Source: Phycisphaeraceae bacterium (lineage in GTDB: Bacteria; Planctomycetota; Phycisphaerae; Phycisphaerales; Zrk34). From it: a stretch of 64,000 nt of DNA. This document shows positions 47,821 through 58,732 of the stretch, piece by piece; within the stretch, counting starts at the first letter, position 1, and each line of letters starts with the position of its first letter. Under the pieces are notes generated by a model that was given only the letters and a program-made list of their open reading frames with translations, ran no database searches and was not told where the DNA came from. The translations under genes and the position numbers were made by a program. The stretch lies in the NCBI GenBank assembly GCA_040905565.1, contig JBBDRF010000059.1, forward strand, positions 41,877 to 105,876. The letters run 5' to 3'.

Positions 47821-47918
47821 CGTCCGGGGTAACCTGTTTATGTCGACCTGCTCGAGGTTGGGATCAACGGTCATTAAACCGGATCAACGCCGCCTCTGAA
47901 CTCTCCAATGCCCGTCGA
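47781..47918 (-). ncRNA. Candidate small RNA
   Basis: TGGACA-16-TAGTAT promoter-like element (47952-47925) and its own terminator, with no credible ORF between them. Confidence 0.4.
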
Positions 47919-48159
47919 TGACATATACTAGCCGATCCTCTTCGTTTGTCCAGTACCGAAGGGGAAAGAATGGCAAAAAATTTGCACAAACCTGCATCGC
48001 CCAACCAACATATGTTGCAGTGAGTAAACCAGATGGCGACTTTCAATAAGATACTTGCCGATCTTGCACTATAGCCGATTCGCCGTCATACCTCCGGAAA
48101 ATCCTTGACATCCGGGGGGCGCAAGCACGGTTGCCGTCGCCAAAAAAGCGCGATTGCCA

Positions 48160-49992
48160 TTACCGACCGAGCGTTTCCACCTCGTCGAGGTCTTCATCGA
48201 AGTGCTCGCCCGGGTTCACGAAGCGTTCATGTTCGAGCTGGTACTGCTTGTCGTGCAGCTCGCGATAGCGGCCGTGCCGCGCCAGCAGGGTGTCGTGGGT
48301 GCCGCGCTCGACGATTCGGCCGCCCTCCATCACGAGGATCTCATCGGCCGAGCGGATCGTCGAGAGGCGGTGGGCGATCACGAACGTCGTTCGCCCTGTG
48401 CGAAGGTGCTTAAGTCCGTCCTGGATCATCTGTTCGGACTCGCTGTCGAGGCTGCTGGTGGCCTCGTCGAGGATCAGGATGCGGGGCTCAGCCAGCAGGG
48501 CCCTGGCGATGGCGATGCGCTGGCGCTGCCCGCCTGAGAGGCGGATGCCGCGCTCGCCGACGATCGTGTCGTAACCTTTTGGGAATTCCTTGATGAAAAC
48601 ATCGCAGTGGGCGAGCTTTGCGACGCGCTTGACGTCGTTGATGTCTGCTTCGGGATTGGCGAAGGCGATGTTCTCGGCGATGGTGCCGTCGAAGAGGAAG
48701 TTTTCCTGCAGGACGACGCCGAGCTGGCTCCGGAAGTCGCGTATGCGGAGGTCAGACAGGTTCTTACCGTCGATGACCACGCGCCCCTTCTGCGGTTTAT
48801 GGAAGGCCATCGCCAGTGAGACCAGCGTGCTTTTGCCCGCCCCGCTGGAGCCGACGAGTGCGACGGTTGACCCGGCTGGGGCTTCGAGGTTGATGTCTTT
48901 GAGCACGGGGGCGTCGGGGTCGTAGCCGAAGGTGACGTTCTCGAAGCGGATATCGCCTCGGATCGGGGGGCAGGGCTCGCGCTCAGCTTCGTCGGCATCT
49001 TCGGGCGTCAGCTGCATGACTTCGCGGATGCGGTCGAGGCCGGCGAAGGCTTCGGAGATTTGTGTGCCGATGGAGGCGATCTGGGTGATGGGGGCGGCGA
49101 GCATGAAGGTGAGCATGGAGAACCAGATCAGGTCGCCCGGCGTCATGGTGCCGTTGAGGGTGGCCCGGCCGCCGATGAGGATGAGGATGACGGCGATGAG
49201 CCCGCCCGCCACCTTCGCCATGGCCGCCGTGGCCGAGGAGCCGGTGATGGTCGCGGCGATTTTCACGAAGAGCCGATCGACGCCGCCGGAGAAGGCCCGC
49301 TGCTCGAAGGGTTCGGCCGTGTATGCCTTTACGATGCGGATGCCGTTGATGGATTCGTTGAGTCGTCCGGTGACCTGTGCGTTGATCTCCCGCCGTTCGC
49401 GGAACAGCGGCCGGATGATGCTGAAGGCGATCGCCATGCCGATGCCGAATACCGAAAGGACCACCAGGACCCAGAGGGTCATCATGGGGTTGATCCACAG
49501 CATGAACCCGAGGGCGATGAGGGCGGTCATGATGCCGCTGATGAGCTGCACGATGCCGTTGCCGACGAGGTTTCGGATGCCGTCGGCGTCGGTCATGATG
49601 CGGGAGATGAGGGCACCGCTCTGGGTGCGGTCGAAGTATTTGGGTGGCAGGCGTGTGACGTGGGTCTGGACGGTTTTGCGGAGGTCGTTGATGGCGCGTT
49701 GGGCCGCCACGCCGAGCAGCTGGGAGAGGCCGAACGTCGTCACGGCCAGCACGAAGGTCGCGCCGCCGGTCAACAGGGCGAGGGGCGTGAGCAGTTCGTG
49801 GCGGCCGGCACCGATCACTTCATCGACTAACTGCTTGCCTGCCCATGGGATAACAAACGCCGTCGCACTGGCCACGAGCATGAGCGCGAGGCCTGTGGTG
49901 AGGCGGATCCAGTGATGCCGGAGCAGGTCAAACGTCTCTATCCAGACGATGGACCAACGGATAGGTCTTTTGCCAGGTCGTATCTTCAACAT
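48160..49992 (-). CDS. ABC exporter, fused permease/ATPase (MsbA-like)
   Basis: N-terminal TM domain; 'GSSGAGKST', 'LSGGQRQR', 'ILDEATSSLD'. Confidence 0.95.
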   Translation of the reverse strand: MLKIRPGKRPIRWSIVWIETFDLLRHHWIRLTTGLALMLVASATAFVIPWAGKQLVDEVIGAGRHELLTPLALLTGGATFVLAVTTFGLSQLLGVAAQRAINDLRKTVQTHVTRLPPKYFDRTQSGALISRIMTDADGIRNLVGNGIVQLISGIMTALIALGFMLWINPMMTLWVLVVLSVFGIGMAIAFSIIRPLFRERREINAQVTGRLNESINGIRIVKAYTAEPFEQRAFSGGVDRLFVKIAATITGSSATAAMAKVAGGLIAVILILIGGRATLNGTMTPGDLIWFSMLTFMLAAPITQIASIGTQISEAFAGLDRIREVMQLTPEDADEAEREPCPPIRGDIRFENVTFGYDPDAPVLKDINLEAPAGSTVALVGSSGAGKSTLVSLAMAFHKPQKGRVVIDGKNLSDLRIRDFRSQLGVVLQENFLFDGTIAENIAFANPEADINDVKRVAKLAHCDVFIKEFPKGYDTIVGERGIRLSGGQRQRIAIARALLAEPRILILDEATSSLDSESEQMIQDGLKHLRTGRTTFVIAHRLSTIRSADEILVMEGGRIVERGTHDTLLARHGRYRELHDKQYQLEHERFVNPGEHFDEDLDEVETLGR

Positions 49993-50091
49993 TCCCTCTA
50001 AGGCTCAACTGAGCTTTGCAGCTGAGAAAATAACTTTAGGGCCGCGGGGCCCGGGTGGTCCACTTGTGACGCAAAGGTTGCCGATTTTCGT

Positions 50092-50955
50092 TCAGTTGGC
50101 TGCTGCCTCGGCTTCGCGTGGGGCGGTCGCTTCGGTCAGCTTCTCGCGGAGCCAGCCGGGACGGTCGGTGGTGATCGAATCGACGCCGAGTTCGCGGAAG
50201 TGCTGGGCGAGGGGGAGGTCGTTGACCGTCCAGGTATGGAAGCCTAAGTCCCGCTGTCGCAGGGCGCTGACGAAGGTTTCGTCGACCACGTCACGGTTGG
50301 CGTGGGTGCCGATGCCGCTGGCGCCGCTGCGGCGGAGGGTCGTCAGCACGCGATCAAGCGAGGGGCTCCAGGTGTCCGTGGTCTCGTCATGTCTGTAGGA
50401 AAGCAGCCAGTTGGCGGTGATATCGGGCAGCCGACGGCGAACCTCGGTGACGACCTCGGCGTCAAAGGCGATCACCACGATCTGCTCGGCCGGCAGACCG
50501 GCCTGCTCGATGGTTTCGACCAGTGCATCGATGATCTCGACGCCTGATTTCACCTCAATGAAGAACTGCTTGGTCTCCGGCACCGTCGCGAGCGCCTCGG
50601 CGAGTGTCGGAAGTCGTTCGCCAGCCCACTGTTCGCCTTTCCACGTGCCAGCGTCCAGCGTCCGCAGTTCCGCGAGGGGCGTCTCGGCGACGACGAGGTC
50701 GCGATCGGTCGTGCGCGCGGTGGTGCGATCGTGGATGCAGACGATTTCGCCGTCGGCGGTGAGGTAGAAGTCGCCTTCGACCGCATCGGCCCCACGCTCC
50801 CACGCCAGTTCAAAAGCGGCGAGGGTGTTCTCCGGCGCGTCCCATGACGCCCCGCGATGGGCGACGATCTGCTGCCCCCAGACCGAGCCGCTGAGGGCGA
50901 GAAGGGCGATGATGCAGATCACGGGCACTTGGATACGTGACGTCAGAATGTGCAT
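50092..50955 (-). CDS. Glycerophosphodiester phosphodiesterase
   Basis: 'VAHRGAS', 'APENTLAAF', 'CIHD', 'IEVK', 'WTVN', 'ITTDRP'. Confidence 0.93.
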   Translation of the reverse strand: MHILTSRIQVPVICIIALLALSGSVWGQQIVAHRGASWDAPENTLAAFELAWERGADAVEGDFYLTADGEIVCIHDRTTARTTDRDLVVAETPLAELRTLDAGTWKGEQWAGERLPTLAEALATVPETKQFFIEVKSGVEIIDALVETIEQAGLPAEQIVVIAFDAEVVTEVRRRLPDITANWLLSYRHDETTDTWSPSLDRVLTTLRRSGASGIGTHANRDVVDETFVSALRQRDLGFHTWTVNDLPLAQHFRELGVDSITTDRPGWLREKLTEATAPREAEAAAN

Positions 50956-51024
50956 GGCGTGGGTTCCGGTGGTGGTGGGGGGGCACAGGGTGCAAGCGGA
51001 CGCGCGCCGTCAACACCTTTATCG

Positions 51025-51146
51025 AACCACAGAGGCACAGAGGGGGAGGAGGGGGGAAAAGGCAGAGAGGAGATTTCTTATCTCTGATCTCTTCAACTTT
51101 CGAGTTCTCCTGCTCTTATCTCCTCTTCCTCTGTGCCTCTGTGGTT
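51025..51146. repeat. Inverted-repeat element (MITE/REP-like)
   Basis: Perfect 19-nt arms AACCACAGAGGCACAGAGG and CCTCTGTGCCTCTGTGGTT enclosing a purine-rich then pyrimidine-rich spacer. Confidence 0.85.
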
Positions 51147-51201
51147 GTATTCTCTTAATTCGAAGGCCTCCGCCGAGGCCGGGGTGGCGTGGTGGTGGAG
51201 G

Positions 51202-52611
51202 TCACACTTTAACATGCTGCCAGCCGCCATGCAGGAAGCGGGCGAGGAAGAGTAGGCCTCGGACGGTGAGTTCGAGGCTGAGTGCGATCCAGACGCCGAC
51301 GAGTCCCCATTCCAGCGTGACGCCCATGAACCAGACCAGCGGCAGGCGGACGATGTAGGTGGACGCGAAGTTCAGCAGCATGGTCGTGCGCGTATCGCCT
51401 GCGCCACGGAGCGCACCGGCGAGGATCATGGCGGTGCCGAAGCCGATCTGTGCAAACCCGCAGATGACCAGCAGGGTGGGTGCCTGATCGAGGAAGGTAG
51501 GTTGATCGGTCATCACCCACACGAAGGGTTGGGGGATGAGGATAAAGAGGATGCCGAGCGAGGACATCACCGCGGCCCCGTAGCTCCAGCAGACCCAGAC
51601 GGCTTTCTTGGCGCCCTGCGGATTGCCCGCGCCGAGGTATTGGCCCGCCATGGTCGCAGCTGCCTGTCCGAACGCGAAGCCGGGCAGGAAGCTGAGCGCT
51701 TCGATGCGGATGGCGATGACGTGGGCACCCATCGCGTTGGCCTGGGGGAGGTGGCCGACGACGTAGACGACGACGGCGTTGCCGATCCAGAACATCAGGC
51801 TCTCGGCGAGGTTAGGCCAGCTGATGCGGATGATGCGATGCGTCATGCGTTTGTGCGGGCGGAGTCGGTGGAGGTGGAGCTTGAGGCCGCCTCTTCCGCG
51901 GAGCAGCAGGGCGATCATGAGGAAGGCCCCGACGGCCCAGGCCGCCATGGTGCCGATGGCGATGCCCGCGACGCCGTGGCCGCCGATCGGGGCGGGGCCG
52001 ATCACCAGCAGCAGACTGACGGTGATGTTCACGATGTTGACGACGCCCATGACCATGAACGGTGAGCGTGTATCGCCGGCACCTCGCAGGCACGCACTGC
52101 CGACGAAGAGGATGGCCATGAAGGGGATCATGGCGGCGAGCAGGCGCAGGTAGAGGGTGCTCATTTCGTGGGCGCGCGGTTCGAGGCCGAACACCCAGCC
52201 GAAGACGGGGGCGATGATGACGAAAACCGTCGCCATGATGCTGCCCCAGATCACCGCGATGGTGAGTGACTGCCCAAGAGCTGCGTTCGCCTCCCGACGA
52301 TGTCTTGCTCCCACGGCCCGGCTGATGAGCGCCAGTGCCCCGACACCGACGGCTCCCTGGAACAGGCCCATCAGCCACATCACGTAAGCGGCCACGCCCA
52401 TCGCGTTGGTCGCATGCACGGCTTCGGTCGGCAGGCGTCCGGCCAGGGCGGTATCGACCAGCCCCACGAAAAAGGCCATAAACTGCTCGAGCAGGGGCCA
52501 TTTCGCGAGGAGCCACACCTGCTGACGCAGCGTCAGATCGTCGCGCAGGGCCACCGATTGCCGATTGCGGCGCGGTACGGCAGACGGCGTGACGCCCACC
52601 TCAGGCGGCAC
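51202..52611 (-). CDS. MATE family efflux transporter
   Basis: 'VDTALAGRL', duplicated 'LRGAGDTR', about 12 TM segments. Confidence 0.93.
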   Translation of the reverse strand: MPPEVGVTPSAVPRRNRQSVALRDDLTLRQQVWLLAKWPLLEQFMAFFVGLVDTALAGRLPTEAVHATNAMGVAAYVMWLMGLFQGAVGVGALALISRAVGARHRREANAALGQSLTIAVIWGSIMATVFVIIAPVFGWVFGLEPRAHEMSTLYLRLLAAMIPFMAILFVGSACLRGAGDTRSPFMVMGVVNIVNITVSLLLVIGPAPIGGHGVAGIAIGTMAAWAVGAFLMIALLLRGRGGLKLHLHRLRPHKRMTHRIIRISWPNLAESLMFWIGNAVVVYVVGHLPQANAMGAHVIAIRIEALSFLPGFAFGQAAATMAGQYLGAGNPQGAKKAVWVCWSYGAAVMSSLGILFILIPQPFVWVMTDQPTFLDQAPTLLVICGFAQIGFGTAMILAGALRGAGDTRTTMLLNFASTYIVRLPLVWFMGVTLEWGLVGVWIALSLELTVRGLLFLARFLHGGWQHVKV

Positions 52612-52779
52612 GTTTCGGATCTGAGAATCAGCTCGGCGGATGGTGAATCGCTCCTGTCGACCAAGTGCGGTCGAAGTCGCGGATTGTAGAACTATAAACG
52701 GCGCGGTACAAAAAACGGTTCGAAATCATCATCCGCGAGCAGGATGTTCTATTGCGCGGGGATCCGCCAGGAGTATTGC

Positions 52780-54267
52780 ATGTCCAAAACCGGCTACATC
52801 GCCATCGACCTCGGAGCCGAATCCGGACGCGTGATCGTCGGCACACTCAGCGACGGCGTCATCACCATGCACGAAGCCCACCGCTTCGCCAACGTCCCCC
52901 AGCGTCTCCCCTCAGGCATGCATTGGGACCTGCTGGGCCTGTGGGGCAACATCCTCGACGGCGTCCGCGATGCCATCGCGTGGGCACCGCAGCAGGGGAT
53001 CGAACTCGTCTCGCTCGGGGTCGATGCGTGGGGTGTGGACTGGTCGCTGCTAGGCTGCAACGGCGAACTGCTGGGCCTGCCGCACTGCTACCGCGATGAG
53101 CGTCACCAGGTGGCGTACGAGAAAACGCTGAAGCGGATGACGCCTGAGAGGATCTATGAGCGTACAGGCATTCAGTTTATGCCTTTGAACACGCTCTACC
53201 AGATGGTGGCCCGGTTCGATGCTGAGCCGGCCCTGCTGGAGAACGCCAGGCATCTGCTGTTCATGCCCGACCTGCTGCACTACTTCTTCAGCAAGGTGCC
53301 GGTGATTGAATCGTCGATCGCGTCGACCAGCCAGATGATCGATCCGCGGACCGGCGACTGGGCAGGTTCGATGCTTCACGAACTGGGGCTGCCGACGCAG
53401 ATGCTGACCAAGCCGGTGCCGCCTGGCACGAAGATCGGCAAGCTGCGGGCGGAAGTGGCCGAGTACGTCAATGCCCCCGCGGGCTTGCAGGTGATCGCCC
53501 CGGCTGCTCACGATACCGCCAGTGCCGTGGCTGCGATCCCTGCTGAGCCGGGCAAGAACTGGGCGTTTCTCTCGAGCGGGACGTGGTCGCTGATGGGGGT
53601 GGAGATTGACGAGCCCTGCCTCACCGATGCGGCCCGGGCGGTCCCCTTCACCAACGAAGGCGGGGTCGACGGCACCTTCCGCTTCCTGAAGAACATCTCC
53701 GGCCTCTGGCTGGTTCAGGAGACGCGGCGGGATTATCAGCAGCGTGGCGAATCGTATGACTACGCAGCACTTGCGGAGCTTGCGGGGCAGGCGGAGCCGT
53801 TCCGGACACTGGTGAACCCGGACCATCCGCCGTTCGCTCAGCCGGGTGATATGCCCGCCAAGATTGCGGATTTTGCGCGGGAGACCGGTCAGCCTGTGCC
53901 GGAAACGGTGGGGCAGTTCGTCCGCTGCTGCCTGGAGAGCCTCGCCCTGACCTACCGTGCCACGCTTGAACTGCTTGAGCAGGTGCTTGATCGCAAGATC
54001 GAGGTCCTCCACGTCGTCGGAGGCGGCGGCAAGAACGAACTGCTGAATCAGATGACCGCCGACGCCATCGCCAGGCCCACCATCGTCGGCCCCTACGAAG
54101 CGACAGGCGTCGGCAATGTGCTCGTGCAGGCCATGGGAGCGGGGGACGTTCAGGACCTCGCTGAGATGCGTCAGATCGTGCGCGCCTCGTTCAGCCCCAA
54201 ACGCTATGAGCCGCAGAACACCAGCCCCTGGGACCAGGCCTACGACCGCCTCCTGCAATGGCGGTAA
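52780..54267 (+). CDS. rhaB: Rhamnulokinase/fuculokinase family sugar kinase
   Basis: 'AIDLGAESGR', 'WGVD', 'TGIQFMPLNTLYQ', 'HDTASAV', 'SSGTWSLMG', 'FTNEGG', 'LKNISGLW'. Confidence 0.88.
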   Translation: MSKTGYIAIDLGAESGRVIVGTLSDGVITMHEAHRFANVPQRLPSGMHWDLLGLWGNILDGVRDAIAWAPQQGIELVSLGVDAWGVDWSLLGCNGELLGLPHCYRDERHQVAYEKTLKRMTPERIYERTGIQFMPLNTLYQMVARFDAEPALLENARHLLFMPDLLHYFFSKVPVIESSIASTSQMIDPRTGDWAGSMLHELGLPTQMLTKPVPPGTKIGKLRAEVAEYVNAPAGLQVIAPAAHDTASAVAAIPAEPGKNWAFLSSGTWSLMGVEIDEPCLTDAARAVPFTNEGGVDGTFRFLKNISGLWLVQETRRDYQQRGESYDYAALAELAGQAEPFRTLVNPDHPPFAQPGDMPAKIADFARETGQPVPETVGQFVRCCLESLALTYRATLELLEQVLDRKIEVLHVVGGGGKNELLNQMTADAIARPTIVGPYEATGVGNVLVQAMGAGDVQDLAEMRQIVRASFSPKRYEPQNTSPWDQAYDRLLQWR

Positions 54268-54271
54268 GCAC

Positions 54272-54328
54272 ATAGCCCCGGCCTTGGCCGGGGTCCCCAC
54301 CTGCTTCCCCGGCCAAGGCCGGGGCTAT
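54272..54328. repeat. REP-like inverted repeat doublet
   Basis: Perfect 22-nt arms ATAGCCCCGGCCTTGGCCGGGG and CCCCGGCCAAGGCCGGGGCTAT; each arm is a hairpin. Confidence 0.85.
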
Positions 54329-54481
54329 TAGGCGTGACGAAACGAAAAATTCACCCACGCATGCCCCGCCCCGCGTGATCCGATGCGGCAGCGTGGCTAC
54401 AATCGCACCCGATGCGTTTACTCAGGCAGCAGCCGAGTAAACCCTTTCCCCAATTCCACCTTTTGCTAGAGGACGTTCGAT

Positions 54482-55072
54482 ATGGCTTTCATCGTTGGTC
54501 AGCAGGCCCCGGATTTCGAGCTCGACGCCGTGCTTGACGGGCAGTTCAAGTCCATCAAACGCGAAGACTACAAGGGCAAATGGCTCGTCGTGTTCTTCTA
54601 TCCGCTGGATTTCACCTTCGTCTGCCCCACTGAGATCCTCGCCTTCTCCGATCGCGTGGACGAGTTCAAAAAGCTCGGTGCCGACGTCGTCGGGGCCAGC
54701 ATCGACAGCAAATACACCCACCTGGCATGGACCGAGAAGCCCCGCGACGACGGCGGCATCCAGGGCCTGGCTTATCCCCTCCTCGCCGACCTGAACAAGC
54801 AGATGGCCGCCGACTACGGCGTCCTCACCGACGCGGGCGTCGCCCTCCGTGGCCTGTTCATCATCGACCCCGACGGCGTCGTTCAGCACGCCACCATCAA
54901 TAACCTCGGCGTCGGCCGAAGCGTCGATGAAACCCTCCGGCTCCTCCAGGCCTTCCAGTTCGTCCGCGAGAACGGCGAAGTCTGCCCCGCCGACTGGAAG
55001 CCCGGCCGCGCTTCGATGAAGCCCGACTGGGACGGCTCGAAGCAGTGGTTCGCCGCCAACGGCGACAACTGA
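54482..55072 (+). CDS. ahpC: Typical 2-Cys peroxiredoxin
   Basis: '[14 protein letters not shown]' and 'GEVCPADW'. Confidence 0.95.
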   Translation: MAFIVGQQAPDFELDAVLDGQFKSIKREDYKGKWLVVFFYPLDFTFVCPTEILAFSDRVDEFKKLGADVVGASIDSKYTHLAWTEKPRDDGGIQGLAYPLLADLNKQMAADYGVLTDAGVALRGLFIIDPDGVVQHATINNLGVGRSVDETLRLLQAFQFVRENGEVCPADWKPGRASMKPDWDGSKQWFAANGDN

Positions 55073-55546
55073 ACCCAATTTCCAACCCGATAAGCACACG
55101 CTGGGGCGGTCGATTCACGTCGATCGCCCCTCTTCTTGCGCGCTCCCACCGCCCGGTTCGCATGATTTTCCGCTTTTTCAAAGAAAAAAAACACACCGCT
55201 TTTAATTCCCTCTTGCCATTTCTAACCAATCCGGTACATAAGGGATCGTCGACGCGCCACAGCGTATTGACACTGCCGCGATAGCCCTTTCCGCCTCACG
55301 CGTCGCGGCAGGCACTCAGCAGACGATCGGCAGATATGCTTGGGAAGGCCGGAATTTTGCACGCGAAACATATTCCAGTCGTAATTTTTGAAGCACGGAC
55401 CCTTGCAGAGTTCACCATGCCGATTTATGCTTATCGCCCTCAAGGCAGAGCCGTGCAAACGTGCGGTGCGATTCGTACAGTTCTGCAACAAGTTGTTTCG
55501 AGGCGAAAACACGCAGTGCAGGTTTTTTCCTGAGGCACGGAGGTTC

Positions 55547-58500
55547 ATGTTGGCCCATCGTCATAAAGCCCTCGCGATCGTCTCAGCCGTCTGCCTCCTT
55601 TTCATAGTGATTGGCACGACGAGCCGAACATCCGCCCAGGATCACCCGACCGCCGGTCAGCTATTGCAGACCGGCGTTGAGCAATTCGAGGAAGGTCGGC
55701 TCGAAAGAGCCCAGGCCACCCTCCGTCGGGTCGATCCAGTCCAGTTGAGCCGCGAAGAGCGGACAACGCTTCGACAGGCATTGGCGGCGATCCGCGAGGA
55801 GAGAGCAGCGGCGCAGACCCCACCACCCGCTCCCGAGCCGGAGGCCGAACCCGAGCCCCAGCCGGAACCGGAGCCGGAACCTCAGCCCGAGCCGGAACCC
55901 GAGCCTCAGCCGGAACCCGAGCCTCAGCCGGAGCCCGAGCCCGAGCCGGAGCCGGAGCCCGAGGTTGAACTCGTCGTCGAGGAGGAAACTCCCGCCGCCG
56001 AGGAGACCGAAGCGCCGGTCGCAGCTGAAGAAGACGGTCAGCTTCTGCTTCGCCAGGCTCGTCTGTTGCACGCTCAGCAGCTTGTCGCCGAGGGCGAGCA
56101 GGCCGCTGAAGAAGGTCAGAACAATCGCGCTGCTCAGTTGTTCCAGCAGGCGCTGCAGATCGACCCGGACAACGAAGCCGCCAGCCGTGGGCTTGAAACC
56201 GTTCAGGCAGCCATGGTCCGCGACGATGGCCCCAGCATCATCGAAGACTTCGGCAACATCGCTCAGTTGCGTGGCCAGCAGGCTCGTGCCCGCTACGAAG
56301 AGGCCATCAACTCCGCCGAGCGTGCCCTTGAAGCCGGTGAGCACCGCAGCGCGCAGGAAGCAGTCTTCCTCGCCAAGGCGATCCTCGACACCAACCGTCA
56401 GTATCTCACGCAGTCGGAGTACGATCAGCTCCGCAGTGCCGCAACCCAACTCGGCGACCAGGTAGCGGAGGCCGACGAACGCGCTCGTGCCGAGCAGCTG
56501 CTGGAAACCGAGGAGCAGGTCGGTCGTGAGCAGATGGAAGCCCGTCAGAGGCGTTCGCGTCAGCAGTACGACCGCGTCCAGCAGATGCTCCGTCGGGCTG
56601 CCGATCTCCGTCGTGACCTCAACTATGAGGAATCGCTGGAGGTCCTCGACCAGATCCTCTTCATCGATCCCAACAACGTCGCCGCCCAGGCGATGAAGGA
56701 GATGATCGAAGACACGATCATCGCTCGCAACTACCGGTCGACCACCCGGACCCGCGGCGTGGAACTGGCCAAACAGTCCGTCGAGCTTCTCGAAGCTTCC
56801 GTTCCTTACACCGAGATCGTGCAGTACCCCGCCGACTGGCCCCAGCTCAGTCGGCGTCGCACCGGCGGCACCGAGGACGGCGCCGATTCGGTCGCCAACC
56901 AACGCGTCACTGAAGCGATGAACGAGCCGATCCGCGTGTCCTTCGACGGTCACCGGTTCGACAACGTCATCGAATATTTCCGCACGATCACCGAAGTGAA
57001 CTTCGTCGTGAACTGGCGTGCGATTGAGATCGCAGGCGCCGAACCCAGTTCCACCGTTAGCATCGAACTTGACGATGTCCCCGCAAACCGGGCGCTGTCG
57101 CTCGTGCTTGATCAGGTAGGCGACGGCTTCACGCCTTTGTCCTACACCGTCGAAGACGGCATCGTCAACATCTCCACCGAGGAAAACCTCGGCCGCAACA
57201 CGACCATCCGGACCTACGACATTCGTGACCTGCTCGTCCAGGCCCCGCACTTCACCGGTGCACCCAGCTTCGACCTCGTGGAAATCACACGTGGCGACCA
57301 GCAGGGCGGCGGCGGTGGTGGTCGTGGCGGCGGCGGCGGCGGGCGTGGCGGCGGTGGCGGCGGCGGTGGCGGTGGCGGCGGCCTCTTCGAGGATAACCAG
57401 GACGAAGAGGACGATTCCGAAGCACGCGAGGAACTCACGCTCCAGATCATGGACCTCATCCGTGACACCGTCGACCCCGACAACTGGCGCTTCGCCGGCG
57501 GCATGGTCAGCACCATGAGCGAACTCAACGGCACGCTCATTGTCAACTCGACCGGCCCGAACCATCAAGAGATCAGCGGCCTCCTCTCGCAGCTCCGTGA
57601 GACCCGCGCCATCCAGATCAACGTCGAAGCACGATTCCTCCTCGTTGACCAGAACTTCCTCGACGAAGTCGGCGTCGACATGGACATCACCATCGATAAC
57701 CTCGGCTCCGATTTCGCGCCGATCGTGATCGAACAGGATCACCTCAACATCGCTGAGCGTCAGAGCACTGCCATCACCGGCAGCTTCGGCTCGCCCGATG
57801 GCAGCGTGGTGGACGGCGGCGGTAATGGGCAAGGCACGTCCTTCCGTCGCGGCATGAGCATCAGCGGCGGTTTCATGAACGACGTGCAGGTCGACCTGCT
57901 CATCCGTGCCACGCAGGCCAACCGCCGCACGACGAACCTCAGTGCACCCCGCCTGACGTTCTTCAACGGCCAACGCGCCTACGTCATGGTCGCCACCCAG
58001 CTGTCCTACGTGTCTGACCTCGAAGCCGTGGTCGGCAGTGGTGCCGCTGCCTTCGATCCGCAGATCGACGTGGTCTCCAGCGGTGTCATCCTCGACGTCG
58101 AAGGCACGGTCAGTGCCGACCGACGCTACGTGACGCTCACGGCTCGGCCTTCGCTCGCCCGTGTTATCCGTATCCGTCAGGTTCAGTCGGCGACGGCGAC
58201 GGCCGGCAACCAGGGCAACTTCTTCGGCGGCGGTGACGATGATGACGACGATGACAATGGCGGCAACACCGGCATCGCAACCGGCATCATCGAAGCCCCT
58301 GAGCTCGAAATCACCAACGTCAACACCACCGTCAGCGTTCCCGATAAGGGCACACTGCTCCTCGGCGGGCAGCGTCTGCTGGCGGACGTCGAAGTTGAGG
58401 CCGGTGTCCCCGTCCTCAGTAAACTCCCCATCATCAACCGGCTGTTCACCAACCGCTCGACGGTTAAGGATGAACGCACGCTGCTGATTCTCATTCGTCC

Positions 58501-58591
58501 CACCATCCTCATCCAGCAGGAGAAGGAAGACGAGCTGTTCCCAGGGATGCAGCAATCCAATGAGATGTTCGGCGGCGGTCTGAACTACTGA
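55547..58591 (+). CDS. Secretin (type II/III secretion system outer-membrane pore family) with N-terminal TPR-like and Pro-Glu regions
   Basis: Signal peptide; 'YDIRDLL', 'INVEARFL', '[12 protein letters not shown]', 'VSADRRYV', '[15 protein letters not shown]', '[15 protein letters not shown]'. GGAGG RBS before ATG 55547. Confidence 0.9.
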   Translation: MLAHRHKALAIVSAVCLLFIVIGTTSRTSAQDHPTAGQLLQTGVEQFEEGRLERAQATLRRVDPVQLSREERTTLRQALAAIREERAAAQTPPPAPEPEAEPEPQPEPEPEPQPEPEPEPQPEPEPQPEPEPEPEPEPEVELVVEEETPAAEETEAPVAAEEDGQLLLRQARLLHAQQLVAEGEQAAEEGQNNRAAQLFQQALQIDPDNEAASRGLETVQAAMVRDDGPSIIEDFGNIAQLRGQQARARYEEAINSAERALEAGEHRSAQEAVFLAKAILDTNRQYLTQSEYDQLRSAATQLGDQVAEADERARAEQLLETEEQVGREQMEARQRRSRQQYDRVQQMLRRAADLRRDLNYEESLEVLDQILFIDPNNVAAQAMKEMIEDTIIARNYRSTTRTRGVELAKQSVELLEASVPYTEIVQYPADWPQLSRRRTGGTEDGADSVANQRVTEAMNEPIRVSFDGHRFDNVIEYFRTITEVNFVVNWRAIEIAGAEPSSTVSIELDDVPANRALSLVLDQVGDGFTPLSYTVEDGIVNISTEENLGRNTTIRTYDIRDLLVQAPHFTGAPSFDLVEITRGDQQGGGGGGRGGGGGGRGGGGGGGGGGGGLFEDNQDEEDDSEAREELTLQIMDLIRDTVDPDNWRFAGGMVSTMSELNGTLIVNSTGPNHQEISGLLSQLRETRAIQINVEARFLLVDQNFLDEVGVDMDITIDNLGSDFAPIVIEQDHLNIAERQSTAITGSFGSPDGSVVDGGGNGQGTSFRRGMSISGGFMNDVQVDLLIRATQANRRTTNLSAPRLTFFNGQRAYVMVATQLSYVSDLEAVVGSGAAAFDPQIDVVSSGVILDVEGTVSADRRYVTLTARPSLARVIRIRQVQSATATAGNQGNFFGGGDDDDDDDNGGNTGIATGIIEAPELEITNVNTTVSVPDKGTLLLGGQRLLADVEVEAGVPVLSKLPIINRLFTNRSTVKDERTLLILIRPTILIQQEKEDELFPGMQQSNEMFGGGLNY
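55832..55963 (+). repeat. Coding tandem repeat (PE/PQ)n
   Basis: CCCGAGCCGGAG-type repeats encoding [18 protein letters not shown]... Confidence 0.9.
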
Positions 58592-58608
58592 GTTCCAGCA
58601 ACTAACCG

Positions 58609-58641
58609 CGGCCGCTTCCCGAAAGGGAGGCGGCCGTTTTT
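58609..58641 (+). terminator. Intrinsic terminator
   Basis: CGGCCGCTTCCC-GAAA-GGGAGGCGGCCG plus T5. Confidence 0.85.
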
Positions 58642-58732
58642 GCACCACGGCGGAGCGCAAAGCAACAGACTCCGCCTGTAACGCGACTTGTCCATTCGCT
58701 CTCCCCGCGCCGCTGGCAGGAGTATCAGGAAG

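Noticed and set aside
52780..54267. Rhamnose/fucose microcompartment locus
   Set aside because: The kinase is solitary here, with no aldolase, isomerase or shell genes in the window.
55832..55963. CRISPR-like or non-coding tandem array
   Set aside because: In-frame Pro-Glu codon repeats inside the secretin gene, with no spacers.
55661..58660. 999-aa antisense ORF opposite the secretin
   Set aside because: Shadow ORF produced by the strong codon bias of the sense gene; no recognisable motifs.
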